Source: Paraphysomonas bandaiensis (Eukaryota > Protista > Chrysophyceae). From it: a stretch of DNA of 64,000 nt. A program made the translations under genes and the position numbers. Below the pieces are notes generated by a model, which was not told the origin of the DNA, ran no database searches, and was given only the letters and a program-made list of their open reading frames with translations. Positions within the stretch are counted from its first letter, which is position 1, and the number at the start of each line of letters is the position of its first letter. The stretch lies in contig CBFFRP010000399.1 in the NCBI GenBank assembly GCA_965644295.1, forward strand, positions 124,001-188,000, read 5' to 3'. This document shows, piece by piece, positions 39,912 to 52,391 of the stretch.

Positions 39912-42900
39912 ATGTCGAGTTTTGTATTATTCATACTCTCATATCTCACTATCAGTGTATATTCTACACAAGATATATTCAATCCATCTATTGGTGAATT
40001 AGTATCAGATGCAGAGCATCGAGTGTCTATTGTTCGACAAGATGAGGATTGTCCGGACCCTCTTAGCTGTTGGCTAGAGAGTTTAACGTTTAAGATCCCA
40101 GATGTTTGCTTTATGGTTGAAAATGTTGAGTGTTGCATAACAGATTTTGTGTGCACTGGAATTGAAATTTCGGGCATAGATTCCAGTTACATATACCCGA
40201 CAACGCTGTCTATGGAGCTCGAGGGACTCGGAACTCCCTGCAAAGGAGAGTGGAGTTATGGTAAATTCGGTGGCAGTATATCAGCGGTTATCTCCAATAC
40301 AGATATTGCGACAACGACAGTAGTAGGAAAAGAAGATATCTATCCGGTTTCTTTGGAGTTTACCACCTGCACTGTTCCTAGCATAGATATCGAGCTAAAA
40401 TTTAGTGGAGGTCTTGTGGGGGTAATATTGCAACTCATTTCCAATAAAGTGGAAGAGGGATTGGAGAAGGCTGTATACACTGTCGTATGTGAGGTTGGAG
40501 AGCCCCTCATTGCAAATAAAACTACTGAAGCTTTGGTGCACACAATTGACCCTGCCCTAGCCGAGATGGTATCACATGGCCCCACCCCACCACCAGAACT
40601 CCCTGCGAACACATACATTGATTGGAGTACCTCCTTACCTGGTCTCATGGAGAATATTGAGGAAAAGCATGCAAACGATTACCTGAACAAGTTGGTTGAC
40701 TCAATTACGAATGGAACTGGTTCCTTTCATATTGATCTTCACAACACGTCTCTCACGTTTCCTGTTGTTGACCCTACTTCTGGCCCGCTAGGCAATATAA
40801 CTCTGACACTGCATTACCTCGATATTTCAGGTCTAGACTCGTTTTATGATATCTCCCTGTTGACTCCGTCTCCACCCTCTCCGTCCTATTCCCCGTATTC
40901 TGTGTGGTCTGCATTCTCTTTACACTCCTTCAGTATTTCTCTCGGCGTTACTGTGGACGTGGTTCTTGATCAGGGAGCACTCAGCGGTGGAGAGCTGAGG
41001 GAGACGTTTGCTCTTGACCTCGTTCTGTCCAACAGCACAATAGGAGTGGACCTGTTACTGCCTGTAAACATTGAGAGACTAGGGGAACTGTATCTGGATC
41101 AGATTGCCGATCTTTCTTGTTTACTTTCCACGGCCGATTACCTAAGCGTTACATCTCTCATTCTGGACACTCACATAGATAGTATGACTCTGGTGCAGAA
41201 AGATGCTACAGAAGACTCCCTCGAGAAAGATATTGATGATCTCATTAATAATATTGTCGAATTAGGCGTGGAAGGTTTTCCGGAGTTGCTGACAGACCTT
41301 ATATCGGGAGTTGCTCAAGGACCTGTGAAGTCATTGTTAAACAATAAACTGTCCGAGTTGCTAGTGTCTGCAGGAGACAATTGCATTCCACATAAGGAGA
41401 CAGATGATGATGAGTCTGACTGGATTGTATGGTCTGATAGCATTGTTGTGCAGGGGTTGGACTACCTTCTGAACAGTATGATTGGGCCAAGTGGTGTGAA
41501 TAGCATCGTCGATGCTGCTACCGATGGTACAGGTTCAGTCACAGTTCCCCTCTCTGCTGCTGATTTTGCTCTCACTGTTTTTGGTTTGGACTCCTTCTTC
41601 GATTTCACGATCCTAAAACCCTCATCGGACCCAAACAGTCCGTACACCTTGGATTCATCTGTGGGGCTGGGTTACTGTGAGGGACAGGATAGAACCCAAA
41701 TCTGTACACCTGTGGGCATATCTCTTGTGAGTGACTCGGATGCAGCACAGAGCCCGTCCAGTGCAAGTCTCACCGCCAGTTTCTTTAATTTCATGTTTTC
41801 CACGTCTATCCTCACGAAATTTGATCTTAATGCCGTTAAAGAGCTTCGTGTGGCTGATTTGTTCATCTTCAGTGGAAACCACTCGGGATGCTTTTTATCG
41901 TCATTTGATGAGATAGCGATAGAGTCCCTTGATATGAGTATCACGCAAGCGGAGCTGACAAAAGGGCCGTTGGTGTCTAAAGACATCACCAGTGGTGTGG
42001 AGCAGTTGTTGAATAAAATCACAGGAGAGGAGTCTATCGCGGCCATCAATGCTGCGTTGGTCAATTTGATAGCGGAGTCTGCAGAAGCATGTGAATCTGG
42101 TTCGTGGCCCCCTCTTCCGGGCGATGACGACAGTCCATCGCCTGCTGATGACTGCGACGGCCCTGTGCAATGTGCGCTCAACAGTATTGTAATTGGACCT
42201 TTGGATGACCTCTGTTTTGATATAAAGGATAGTGAACTCGAAATATGTATTAAGGCCTTTAGCTGCTATGATATTGACTTGGTAGGGTTGGAGTCTGGGA
42301 ATCCCGACCCTCAGACGATTCTCCTTGGGGTCGAGGAGTTTGCAATAACCTGTGGGGCTGATTGGAACATCTCCGCCTCCTTGTCTAAAGACGACGCCTC
42401 AAATGTTGGTGGACACTCGCTATCGTACGAAGGGTCTGTCAGCATTGCGATGACTGACTTTACAGGGTCAGTGGAAGCTGCCTTTGGAGCCAGCAGTGTG
42501 TCGGAGGAGTATCCCCCTATGCCGGCGTCGGTGAAACTGCAAGAATGTAAGACGAGTGGGACGCAATTTGATATTAAATTCGCTGGTGGTGTATTGGGAA
42601 CAATCCTGGATAAAGCAGTAGCTCCTCCTTTGGAAGATGCGTTGGAGAGTGCTGTTTACTGGGCTTTGTGCGATCTGTTGAACCCTTTTCTCAGCAGGGT
42701 GATGACAAGAGTTCTTAAGACTCGTGTGGATCCCGCTATTGAGGATGTAATTGACATGCGAGCCCCTCCTGCACCAGTTGTTATGCCAGGCTACCTTAAC
42801 TGGAATGAAACAATTCTGAACACTGTCCACAACATTATATCAGGAATTCAAGTCAATGAAGGGAAGGTAATCCAATGCATGCTGGACGCAGAGAACCCCC

Positions 42901-45900
42901 CAGTTGATGGGTACAACATCAATACACTGATCGATTTCATGACAGACGGATCTGGAGAGTTTGTGATTAGCATCGACTCCACTGTACCTATCGGTAGCGC
43001 AACTCTTACTTTTGAGACATTGACGATATCTGGACTTGACACATTCGGCGACATATTTTTATTGGATCCTTCGCCTGATTCTGGAGTTACGTTGTCTTCA
43101 TCAATCGAGCTGGCCTCTATGGATCTCCAACTGGCAGTTCTCCTTGAAGAAGCCGAGGAGGGCTATAAACAAGAGGCAGTTGTCGACCTTCGCCTGTCAA
43201 ATGCTACTCTAGCTTTCGATATGGTCGCTGCTCTACGGCTCTCAATTCTGAATAACTTGTACAGTGATCAGATCTTGCATCTACCTTGCATCATGTCGGC
43301 ACTAGATGAGCTATATATCTCCTCGCTTGTGCTCTCAATGAATGTTGAGAATCTATCTGTGCAGCAGGTCTCTGGTGGAAATGCAACATCACTTGAACTG
43401 GAAACCGCGGAGCTGGTCGACAGTTTGTTTCGTTTGTTGCTGTCTGGATATCCTGAAATGGTTACAGAAATGATTGAGGGCATCGCTCAGGGGCCTGTGA
43501 AGGAGAAAATCAATGAGAAGTTGCTTGCCATGATGCAGGCATATGACCTTAACAACGCTGACGCGTGTCCCCATCACGGGAACTATAGTGGCGTAGACTG
43601 GATCGTCTGGAGTGAAAGTACCCTCATAGAGAAGGTCGACACACTGTTGAATACCCTTCTTGGGTCTGATGGCGTCAACAAGTTAATGAATTGCATCACT
43701 GACGGAACTGGCAATGTGGTTGTACAAATTCCCACAGATGCCCCTCTCTTAGCTGGTTGGAAAATTACTCTCGGTGGCTTGAATTCTTTTTCAGACTTCG
43801 CATTGGTGTATCCTGTGGAGGGTGAGCCCTATGATCTTGGCAACTTGCTGGGGTTGGGCGATTGTAATTCTGCAAGTGACTGCAATTCTTTTCTGCTTGC
43901 GATGGAGGGTGATCACATGGACCGGCATATAAGCATCAAGCTAACGATGGATAATCTTTTGCTATATCTGGACATGCTCACGGAGGTGGATATGACGGAG
44001 TTTATGAATTTACAGTGGGCAGAGTTTCATACTCAAGGGTGTATGATGACCACTGTAGACGCACTCTCTATATACGACCTAGGTCTTGGGGTGTCTGACG
44101 TCGAGTTGTATTTCAACAATGGTGCTGGAGAAGTAAATCTTACTGCTATGGTGAAGTCACTTTTAGACAAACTGACTGAACCAGAAACTCTCGCCACTTT
44201 CAATGGAAAAATTACAGAGAGCTTGAGCACATCCGATGAAGTGTGTGCGGGGACGTACGAACCCACTGTAGACGGATCGAACTCTTCTGACTCCCACAAT
44301 GCTTGGCGATGGCAGCTTGCTGTACTCATATCTGGGTGCATTGTTGCACTTTTTCTGTTGGTCTGGATATACTTTAACTACGGTGTGGCCGGTATGAGCA
44401 AGACCTGTATGGTCGATTCCAAGGGCGTTCCATATGACGGTGTTGGGGAAGAAGCGGCGAGTCAATATTCTGCGTGGGATTGGGAAGAGGAGGCCTACCC
44501 TGTGGGGCAAAATGTGTGTCTCAGTAATGCGTGGATAGAGTCTTGGCTTGGGTGGCTTTTCGGTTATGAGGAGGGTGAATTTGTATATGATGCTCTCATT
44601 GCTCAGGACAGTATCTATGCATCTGTCCGTATCCTCATTCCGCTAGCCATACTCGGCAATATTGCTCTCTTTATATCCGGAAATATTGCTGTTGGCGCCA
44701 CTGTCCTGGCTGAGGTGGATGTAGGCAACCAGGTTATCAAGCCAGATCCCATATTTGAATTCGGTCTCGGTAACACCGTCAGAGATATGTAAGTATATAT
44801 GTGATGTTTTTTCGTCCCTTTATTTTGTGTTAGGTGGGATGCCAAAGTATACCCGCTATCAATGTTGATTGCTTTTTTCTCTGGAGCATGGCCATATATT
44901 AAGCTCGTGGTCATGCTTTTCTCGTGGGTACTGCCGACATCGTTGCTTCCTCTTCCCAGGCGCGACAGTGCTCTTATATGGCTGGATATCCTAGGAAAGT
45001 GGTCACTCATTGATACGTACGTTATGGTTCTGATGGTACGAGCATTGTGTATGCTGCTTCTCTTCTAATTTTTTTGTAGATGGTCGCTTTTCAGTTTACA
45101 CTCGAAGTTGCACCAGGGATAAAGGTCATAGTTATTGTTGAGCCCAATTGGGGTTTCTATGCTTTCCTACTTGCAACGATGTGCAGCTTAGGACTCGGAC
45201 ATCTTGTTTTAGCATGTCACAGACTTATCGCAGAGACTAAAATTCCGCCATATGAACTTAAGACTGAATCTTTGATGAATCACACATTTACCACGGAGCT
45301 TCGTTGCAGTGCCACGGGCTCATCTTTTTCCACTGTGGATTCTGGTGATGATGCTTCAAAGAAGTACGTATGGAAGACTCATCAGGTGTCGGTAACCACG
45401 GCGGGTAAAGTAACGATGGTCGTTGTGCTGCTATTTTTAGCCCTGTCTGTAATTGCGGGGACTTTCGTGAAGACTTTCAATTTTGAATTTAAGGGCCTCA
45501 CGGGGTACTTAATGGGTGATGGAGCTGTCGATCCCTACAGCTTGGTAACCGTTGGCACTACACTCCCAAGCGCATCTGGATCACCCCACGATTTTGGTGT
45601 TCGATGGATTCAAGCTGCTTACTTTGCTTTCGGTCTTGGTATGCCCCTTGCTTTCTGTGCCGCCCTCCTCGCTCTGTGGGTGACTCCGTTGACCTTGAAA
45701 TTCCAGAAGGGATTCGTTGTCCTCACAGAAGTGTTAAACGCTTGGAACGCACTGGATGTGTTTGTTGTGTCCATAATAGCAGCATTGGTACGTATTGACG
45801 TTGTGGTGTTGTATACTGATCTCTTACGTAATTCTTTCAGTTGGAGATTCAACAATTCGCTGCCTTTTTGGTGGGTGACAACTGTGACACTATCAATGAG

Positions 45901-46532
45901 ATCCTAGAAGAATATATGGACGATGAGTTAGACGGTGACGATAAGTGCTTCGATGTGGTGGCTACTCTGAAACCTGTAAGTGTAGTGGAAACTCATGTGT
46001 GTAAATATCTTATATATTAATGCATTAGCAATCATGGATGTTGTACCTGGCTGCATCCTGTCTTGTCATAGTCGGGCTTCCAATGATGGGTCTCTGCCAT
46101 AACGTGGTTGCTGAACGTATGGATGAGTATGAGAGCAGGAAGGAGGACGCCGATATGGGATCCTGTCATGAGAGGAGCACGTCAATGTCAGCATCTCGCG
46201 TGCCACGGCTGTTTTCCTCTGCAGAAGAAAGAGCTGCACTTGAGGCTGAAGAAAGCGGGTATAATGCACTATCTGGTGGCGAAAGTCCTGCATATTCTGA
46301 AGGCAGAGACCGCATACTGACTGTAGACTTGGAACCCACAGATCCTGCATTGGAGGAGGATAGAGGGGCTCTTAGTTCCTCGGCTCTGGACTTATCTGGA
46401 CGCAATAGAGCGTCCGAGGACTTGGCCTCGGAGGATGATGGAGAGGATAAAACACCCTGGACTAAGTGTGTGATGTCTACTTTTATCCACTCATGCCATA
46501 GGGTGGGACTTGTCTCATTCGGTGACGAATAA
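39912..46532 (+). CDS. ~2,140-aa membrane protein: signal peptide, duplicated luminal array of BPI/LBP(TULIP)-like and GLD[ST]F repeats, TM helix, two PqiA/LetA-like membrane repeats; exons 39912-44788, 44834-45035, 45080-45787, 45841-45975, 46029-46532
   Basis: PqiA-like signatures TVRDMW..LIAFFSGAWPYIKL..WLDILGKWSLIDTYV and VLNAWNALDVFVVSIIAAL; BPI-like C..DIELKFSGGLVGVILQLISNKVEEGLEKAVYTVVC. Spliced length 6426 nt stays in frame. Confidence 0.85.
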
Positions 46533-47555
46533 ACCATGTGCGTGTTTAGTGTCGAAGCAGTTTCCCTGTTAAATTACCGTTGTTTTATCAATATCACGGT
46601 CATCACGGGTCAAAAGTGAATGGTGTATAATTGTGTGATAGTGACATCTGCGTACTCGCTTTCGTTTGTTGCAGTTTGCGAAAGGTTTATTGCTATTGTC
46701 CCTATCATTCGATTGTTGTTGAGGTGCGATTAACTTTATCATGTTCTAGTTATAATAAGTATACGGTTTCGAGATGTCTGTAATTTCTTATCACTAAGAG
46801 CTACGTAATCACAGTGTCGCTATAGAGCTAGTTATATATTACAGTGTGCGTAATGGTTGACAATATGATATTGCGGATGCTTACTGCCTTGGTCCTGCTG
46901 ATATTCTGTAGCCTATTTTCAGTTATTGTGTAGTCCGTGCTCTGTGCGTCCTATTCTTTAATCATGATTGCATTCTGAATTCTGATACTTCATGTTGGAA
47001 AGAAAAATATCAAGCAGTAAATTTTCCTTCTCATGTGCAATAGATATACTATACTGGATACAGGATACTGGTAATAATTAATTAAAGAAGAGTTGTGATC
47101 TAAAAGCTAAAAGGTAGATGTTATCTATTAGACATTCTTCTCACCTTCCCACGACGCACCGCGTTGTATTATATCTTTCCATGTTACTTGGTGCTTTCTT
47201 GTATATTGTATACAACTTGCAATTCAATTTATTGTTACGCAACCCTGTATACTACGCAATTACTGCAGTTCTAAACATATATATAAAGATTAAAATAATT
47301 ATTCTGCGTAAGAGGTGAAGCTATTGCAGATTGCAACTCATATGAAAGCACAATAGCGGATAGCAGAGATATGAGAAGCATCGTCAACAAGAAATTGATA
47401 TAATTTATTACAACTGCCAGAGATCAATATTGATATAATTATTGTATATTAAGAACCGCCTCGAAAGCTTATATATCCGATAACAAATCAGAGGCATGTG
47501 TAACAGATGAGGAATTCTTTATAAGAACAGTTACGTCGACTACCCATTTATCCAT

Positions 47556-48353
47556 TTATATAACATACACAGAACCATCCGCAAGCATCAACTTATTGTC
47601 ATCCTCTAGAAATAGAAGTGCTTCTTCTACATAGGCGGGCGTGCAATTTGGAATCAAGTCACAAAAAAATGTTTCCAAATCAGCGACCGAATATGCTTCA
47701 TCTGCAGCACATGAACACTGGCGAGTTGCCGCCTTAAAATTCTCAACGACAACTTGCGCAATATCTGATAGGGTTGAAGAGGTAGCCGGGCCAGCGCACG
47801 CAGAATCCGTTTCTGCGTGTGAAATTGAGTCTGAGAATGTGTCGACCTCAGGAAAAGATACATCTTTCTCCAAAGCTATTGCGGGGACAGGTAACTCTAA
47901 AGGACTACAATCAACTTTCTCTGTAGGTTGTCGCGCAGGTTTAGGGGTCCGTTCAGAGACAACCTTAGCTTTTTTCTTCACACGTGTACATGTTACAACT
48001 TCAGGTTGAAGTCTACTGGTAGGACGTCGACTCCTCTCTGGCTTCTCATCCATATCCTCCTTAAGAGAGATATACTGAGGCTCAATACTATCTTCCTTTC
48101 CACCCAACACATACGATACTGAGTATGTATTACTGTTCTTATCAATGCTCTTTATGAACCCCGTCCCACCCAATTTATTTATCCCTGTATAACACACATA
48201 TCATATACATATATATGTAACTATACATGGATGTATGTATGTATGTATGTATGTATGAGGTCACTTACCCGGCCATGTCCTTGCCTCAACTACAACAAGA
48301 TCACCCACTGAGAACATAGAAGGGGAGTTACCGTATATGTTCTCCACATCCAT
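47556..48353 (-). CDS. Small protein with N-terminal Tudor/SH3-like barrel and C-terminal MCM3-like winged helix (intron 48268-48185)
   Basis: FSVGDLVVVEARTWP|GINKLGGTGFI...YSVSYVLGGKEDSIEPQYI; C-terminus VEEALLFLEDDNKLMLADGSVYVI*. Confidence 0.7.
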
Positions 48354-48497
48354 GTTATGGTAGATATGTATGTACCTTAAGAGATGCTGTGATCAAGAGA
48401 TGAGCGAGATTAATGTATGTAGAAATACACTGCATCTACATCTCCGGTATACGGAATCATACCAAGAATTTGAAAATACTGACCCGTTAAGCACTCT

Positions 48498-49056
48498 GTA
48501 TGTGTGTATGTATGTATGTATGTATGTATGTAGGTATGTATGTAGGTAGGTAGGTAGGTACGTATGTATGTATGTATGTATGTATGTATGTATGTATGTA
48601 TGTATGTATGTATGTATGTATGTATGTATGTATGTATGTATGTATGTATGTAGGTATGTATGTATGTATGTATGTATGTACATGTATGTATGTATGTATG
48701 TATGTATGTATGTATGTATGTATGTATGTATGTATGTATGTATGTATGTATGTATGTATGTATGTATGTATGTATGTATGTATGTATGTATGTATGTATG
48801 TATGTATGTATGTATGTATGTATGTATGTATGTATGTATGTATGTATGTATGTATGTATGTATGTATGTATGTATGTATGTATGTATGTATGTATGTATG
48901 TATGTATGTATGTATGTATGTATGTATGTATGTATGTATGTATGTATGTATGTATGTATGTATGTATGTATGTATGTATGTATGTATGTATGTATGTATG
49001 TATGTATGTATGTATGTATGTATGTATGTATGTATGTATGTATGTATGTATGTATG
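48498..49056. repeat. (TATG)n microsatellite, ~0.56 kb, with TAGG/TACG/TACATG variants
   Basis: Tandem TATG. Confidence 0.98.
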
Positions 49057-49103
49057 TGCATATGCCTCTTAAGTGGCTATAGAACTTCATTCAACACACT
49101 CTA

Positions 49104-50478
49104 ATGTCATCTACTATTCTTCGCACTGGAATTATCCTCCTATTCACTGCTATCCTCATTTACCGGTTAGCATCTAATCCCTCATTAGCTACATTCGGCT
49201 ATATAGCTGTATCATGGGCGCTGGACTATGACAGGGATCAGCCCACTATACAAAACTATGACGGACAAATAGAAGATCATATATTTAAACATCGTTTTAT
49301 TCCAATTAATCAAACATATCATGGTCTCCCTGTAGAAGCAACATATCATGTAGTGGAATGTGGTAAAGAGGATGCTGAGCCGATTGTATTCGGACATGGA
49401 CTATGTGAGAACTGGCGTGTATGGAAAAAGATTATGACAGAGTTTTGCAGTACTCATAGGGTTGTTGCATATGATTCAGAGGGAATGGGTCAGAGTGCTT
49501 GGCCTAATGTTCTCCGCGATCTACCGAAGGGACAGTCGACAACTTTTATGGCTGATATGCAAATGGAAATGCTCAGAAAAATCGGCATTCGTCGTTTTAA
49601 TTTAGTGATTACTGATTACAGTTTTTGGACAACTCTCTCAATGCTAAGTGATTTTGGTGACACTATATTACGGTATGGTAAGCTGCAATCGGTACGTGTA
49701 ATTTACTTGTATTGTTACTGTCTGACGTATGAACCAGACGGTTGGTGTTGAAGATGTGAACAGAATCCCGCAAGGCAAATTGATGAAAGCAATTCCTCGC
49801 ACAATGGACTTCATAACGAATTTGAATAAGTTTGCTTTGGCGCGAGTACTATTCGGTAAGCCGTTGTTGCAGTGGCCAGCTGTAGTGGGGAACCGGAGAA
49901 ATGCCCGAGAGATTCCTGACAGCGAGTTCAATGAGGTCATCCTCAGTGGTCTCCGAGAAAACGGTCTCACTGCATGGGTGTACTTCTACAATTATGGACG
50001 GGATATGTGTGCGCAGATGGACTACCAGATTGATGTCTTCAGACAGGCCCGCTATCCTGTACTTATTCTCCAAGGTGACTCCGATAGAGGACAGGTGAAC
50101 CCCTTCGTGTCATGTCGTCTACTCTTATTCCTTCGTCTATTTTGTAGCCCAAAGAGCTTTTTGATGGTACTGCAGCCATGGAAATCGTAGAGCGTCCAGC
50201 TGTATCGATGAGGGAGAAGATGTCACGGTACAATCACACTCACGTAACTGTTACCACGTATTCTGGAGACGGGAGTGTGATTGGCCCTAAAGCGGATGAG
50301 TTTTTCCCGAACAGGTTAGTATCAAGTTCATTTGCAATCACCATGCTAATTTTTTTTGCGTAGTCCTTGGAAAAAATTGCGCATGCTGGAGGGAATAGGA
50401 CACTTTCCTCATATGGAAGCTCCTGATGTTGTTGTCAGTTCGCTGAAAGAGCTCTTTGATGTTCCATTATCCGAATAA
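49104..50478 (+). CDS. Alpha/beta hydrolase (epoxide hydrolase/dehalogenase-like) with N-terminal hydrophobic anchor (4 exons)
   Basis: IVFGHGLCENWRVW; VVAYDSEGMGQS; LVITDYS; PVLILQGDSD; EGIGHFPHMEAPDVV. Confidence 0.85.
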
Positions 50479-51308
50479 GATTCCTTGGGCATATTAGATA
50501 CCAGAATAACAGCTGTTATATATTCTTTTGAGGGTTTAAACATGCTACATAGTAGTATATAGAATACCTTACGAACTTGCAACACTATGTGATTGCAATT
50601 TTCCATGGTGGAATTTAGTCTAGACACTGTGCTAGTGCTCGCTAATGCAATATCCATTTTTCTTTGCCTCGTTTTATGCATATTGGGAAGTTCACTGCCA
50701 CTATACGCTCTTAGTTTATTAATTCATGTAGTATTTGTACGTCTACATGTCACCTATAGGCTGAAAAACAGACGTGGTGATTTTATGTGGAATAATGCTT
50801 TAACAGAACTAAGAAATAGATATCCAGACAACAAAATAATAAAGATGTTGGGAAGTAAATTATAGGGATGTTTAAGTAAGTCAAATGTAATAAAAGAACA
50901 CTTCACGTAATCAACGACAAAGTTAGATTTAAGAAACGGTAAGTACAGATTGGCGAAGAATACTTTGATTAAGTCAACAATATATAAAGTATACAGGGCT
51001 ACAATAGACAATAGAATATTAATGGTAAAATATTAATGTTATTTTTTGTCAAAGTGGCAGAGCAAGTTGCACAACAACTAGGAAGATCTGCGTTTTGCTA
51101 TCATATCAGACATTCATCGTAACGCGTGAACTCTTACCAAAATACAATAGCATTTTAGTATACCATAAAAAATCTTGCTATCGAAGCGTTGATTCATTCA
51201 GCCACAGAATTGAGATCATAAAACAATTTATTAATTACTAGGTAGTAGAAGTCAATCCCATTCAAGCTAGTATAACATCTATTACTCGAAAATACCACAT
51301 CAAGCATT

Positions 51309-52391
51309 TCACTTCTTGAAATCTGTTTTCAGCAAAGGGATATGGTCTTCATTGGTTTTTGAAGTAGGCTTCTCTTGTGAACGCATGGGTGCTTGCTGGT
51401 AGAACATACCAGCCAATAGGCATACACACACAGCTAAAATACCACTGGGTGTGGAATGCTTGTCCCACATTATGACATTCAAAAGAACTGTGATAAATTT
51501 GTTCACGACTCCTACCAGGGTATAGGTTGTTGCGCTGACCATGCCTCTACACAACCAGCCAGTGTACCTGCACATCAATTTTTACAGTCAATAGATAGAT
51601 AGATAGCAAAAGCATACCCAATCATGGTTCCAGCAAAGCACGAGAATAGAAGAATGGCCCATCCATTTGCAGGCATCTCTGCAATACTAATAGATACATC
51701 TTCAAACTCCCCTGATGCGTAACCCAGCGCAAACATAGGAACAAGAGCAAGAATATTGCAGTATAACACTGGACCCCATACTGAGTCCATCTTAACGGAC
51801 GAGGTAAGTTTCTTTCCGTATGTCATTTCAAAGGTGATAAGGAAGAAGTAGAGGATGACCCAGTAGTAGGCCTCGATCCCGCGAAGGGCCAGCTCGGAGT
51901 CCGTAACACAATAGAACACAGCTCCACAAGCAACCACCAACAAAGCCATCGTTGAGCGATACGTTGGCCAGGAACGACCCATGAAAAGGTACTCAACTAT
52001 AGTTACTGCGAGAGGTGAACATGATCTGAAGACAATAACAGTTTCCACGTTCGAATGCGACAGTGCTTTCATGTTCGCAAATATTGCTGCCACGAAAGCA
52101 AGAATATAAAGAGCATATGGTCGTACTTTATCCCATTCAATATCATCAACTTTAACCCCAGCAAACTTAATTCCCAAAACAAACACTGTTGTCGACACTA
52201 ATTGAATAAAACTTACAACTGATGGCCGGGGAATATAGAGCATAGCAGCTTTATTCGCTAACAAGAGTGTAGAGGAACATAAGGAATATCCAGCTATTGC
52301 CATAATGACCTATAAATATCTATGAAATACACTCATGGGATAGGTTAGTATGTACCTGAGAGGATGATGATGTGGATTCAAGTTTTTGCAT
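51309..52391 (-). CDS. GDP-sugar (GDP-mannose/fucose) nucleotide-sugar transporter, GONST/VRG4-like (3 exons)
   Basis: YSLCSSTLLLANK; FANMKALSHSNVETVIVFRS; VSATTYTLVGVVNK (GxxNK motif); about 10 hydrophobic segments. Confidence 0.9.

Noticed and set aside
50593-51011. Hydrophobic 85-90 aa ORFs between the hydrolase and the transporter
   Set aside because: AT-rich convergent intergenic region, non-ATG starts, no motifs.
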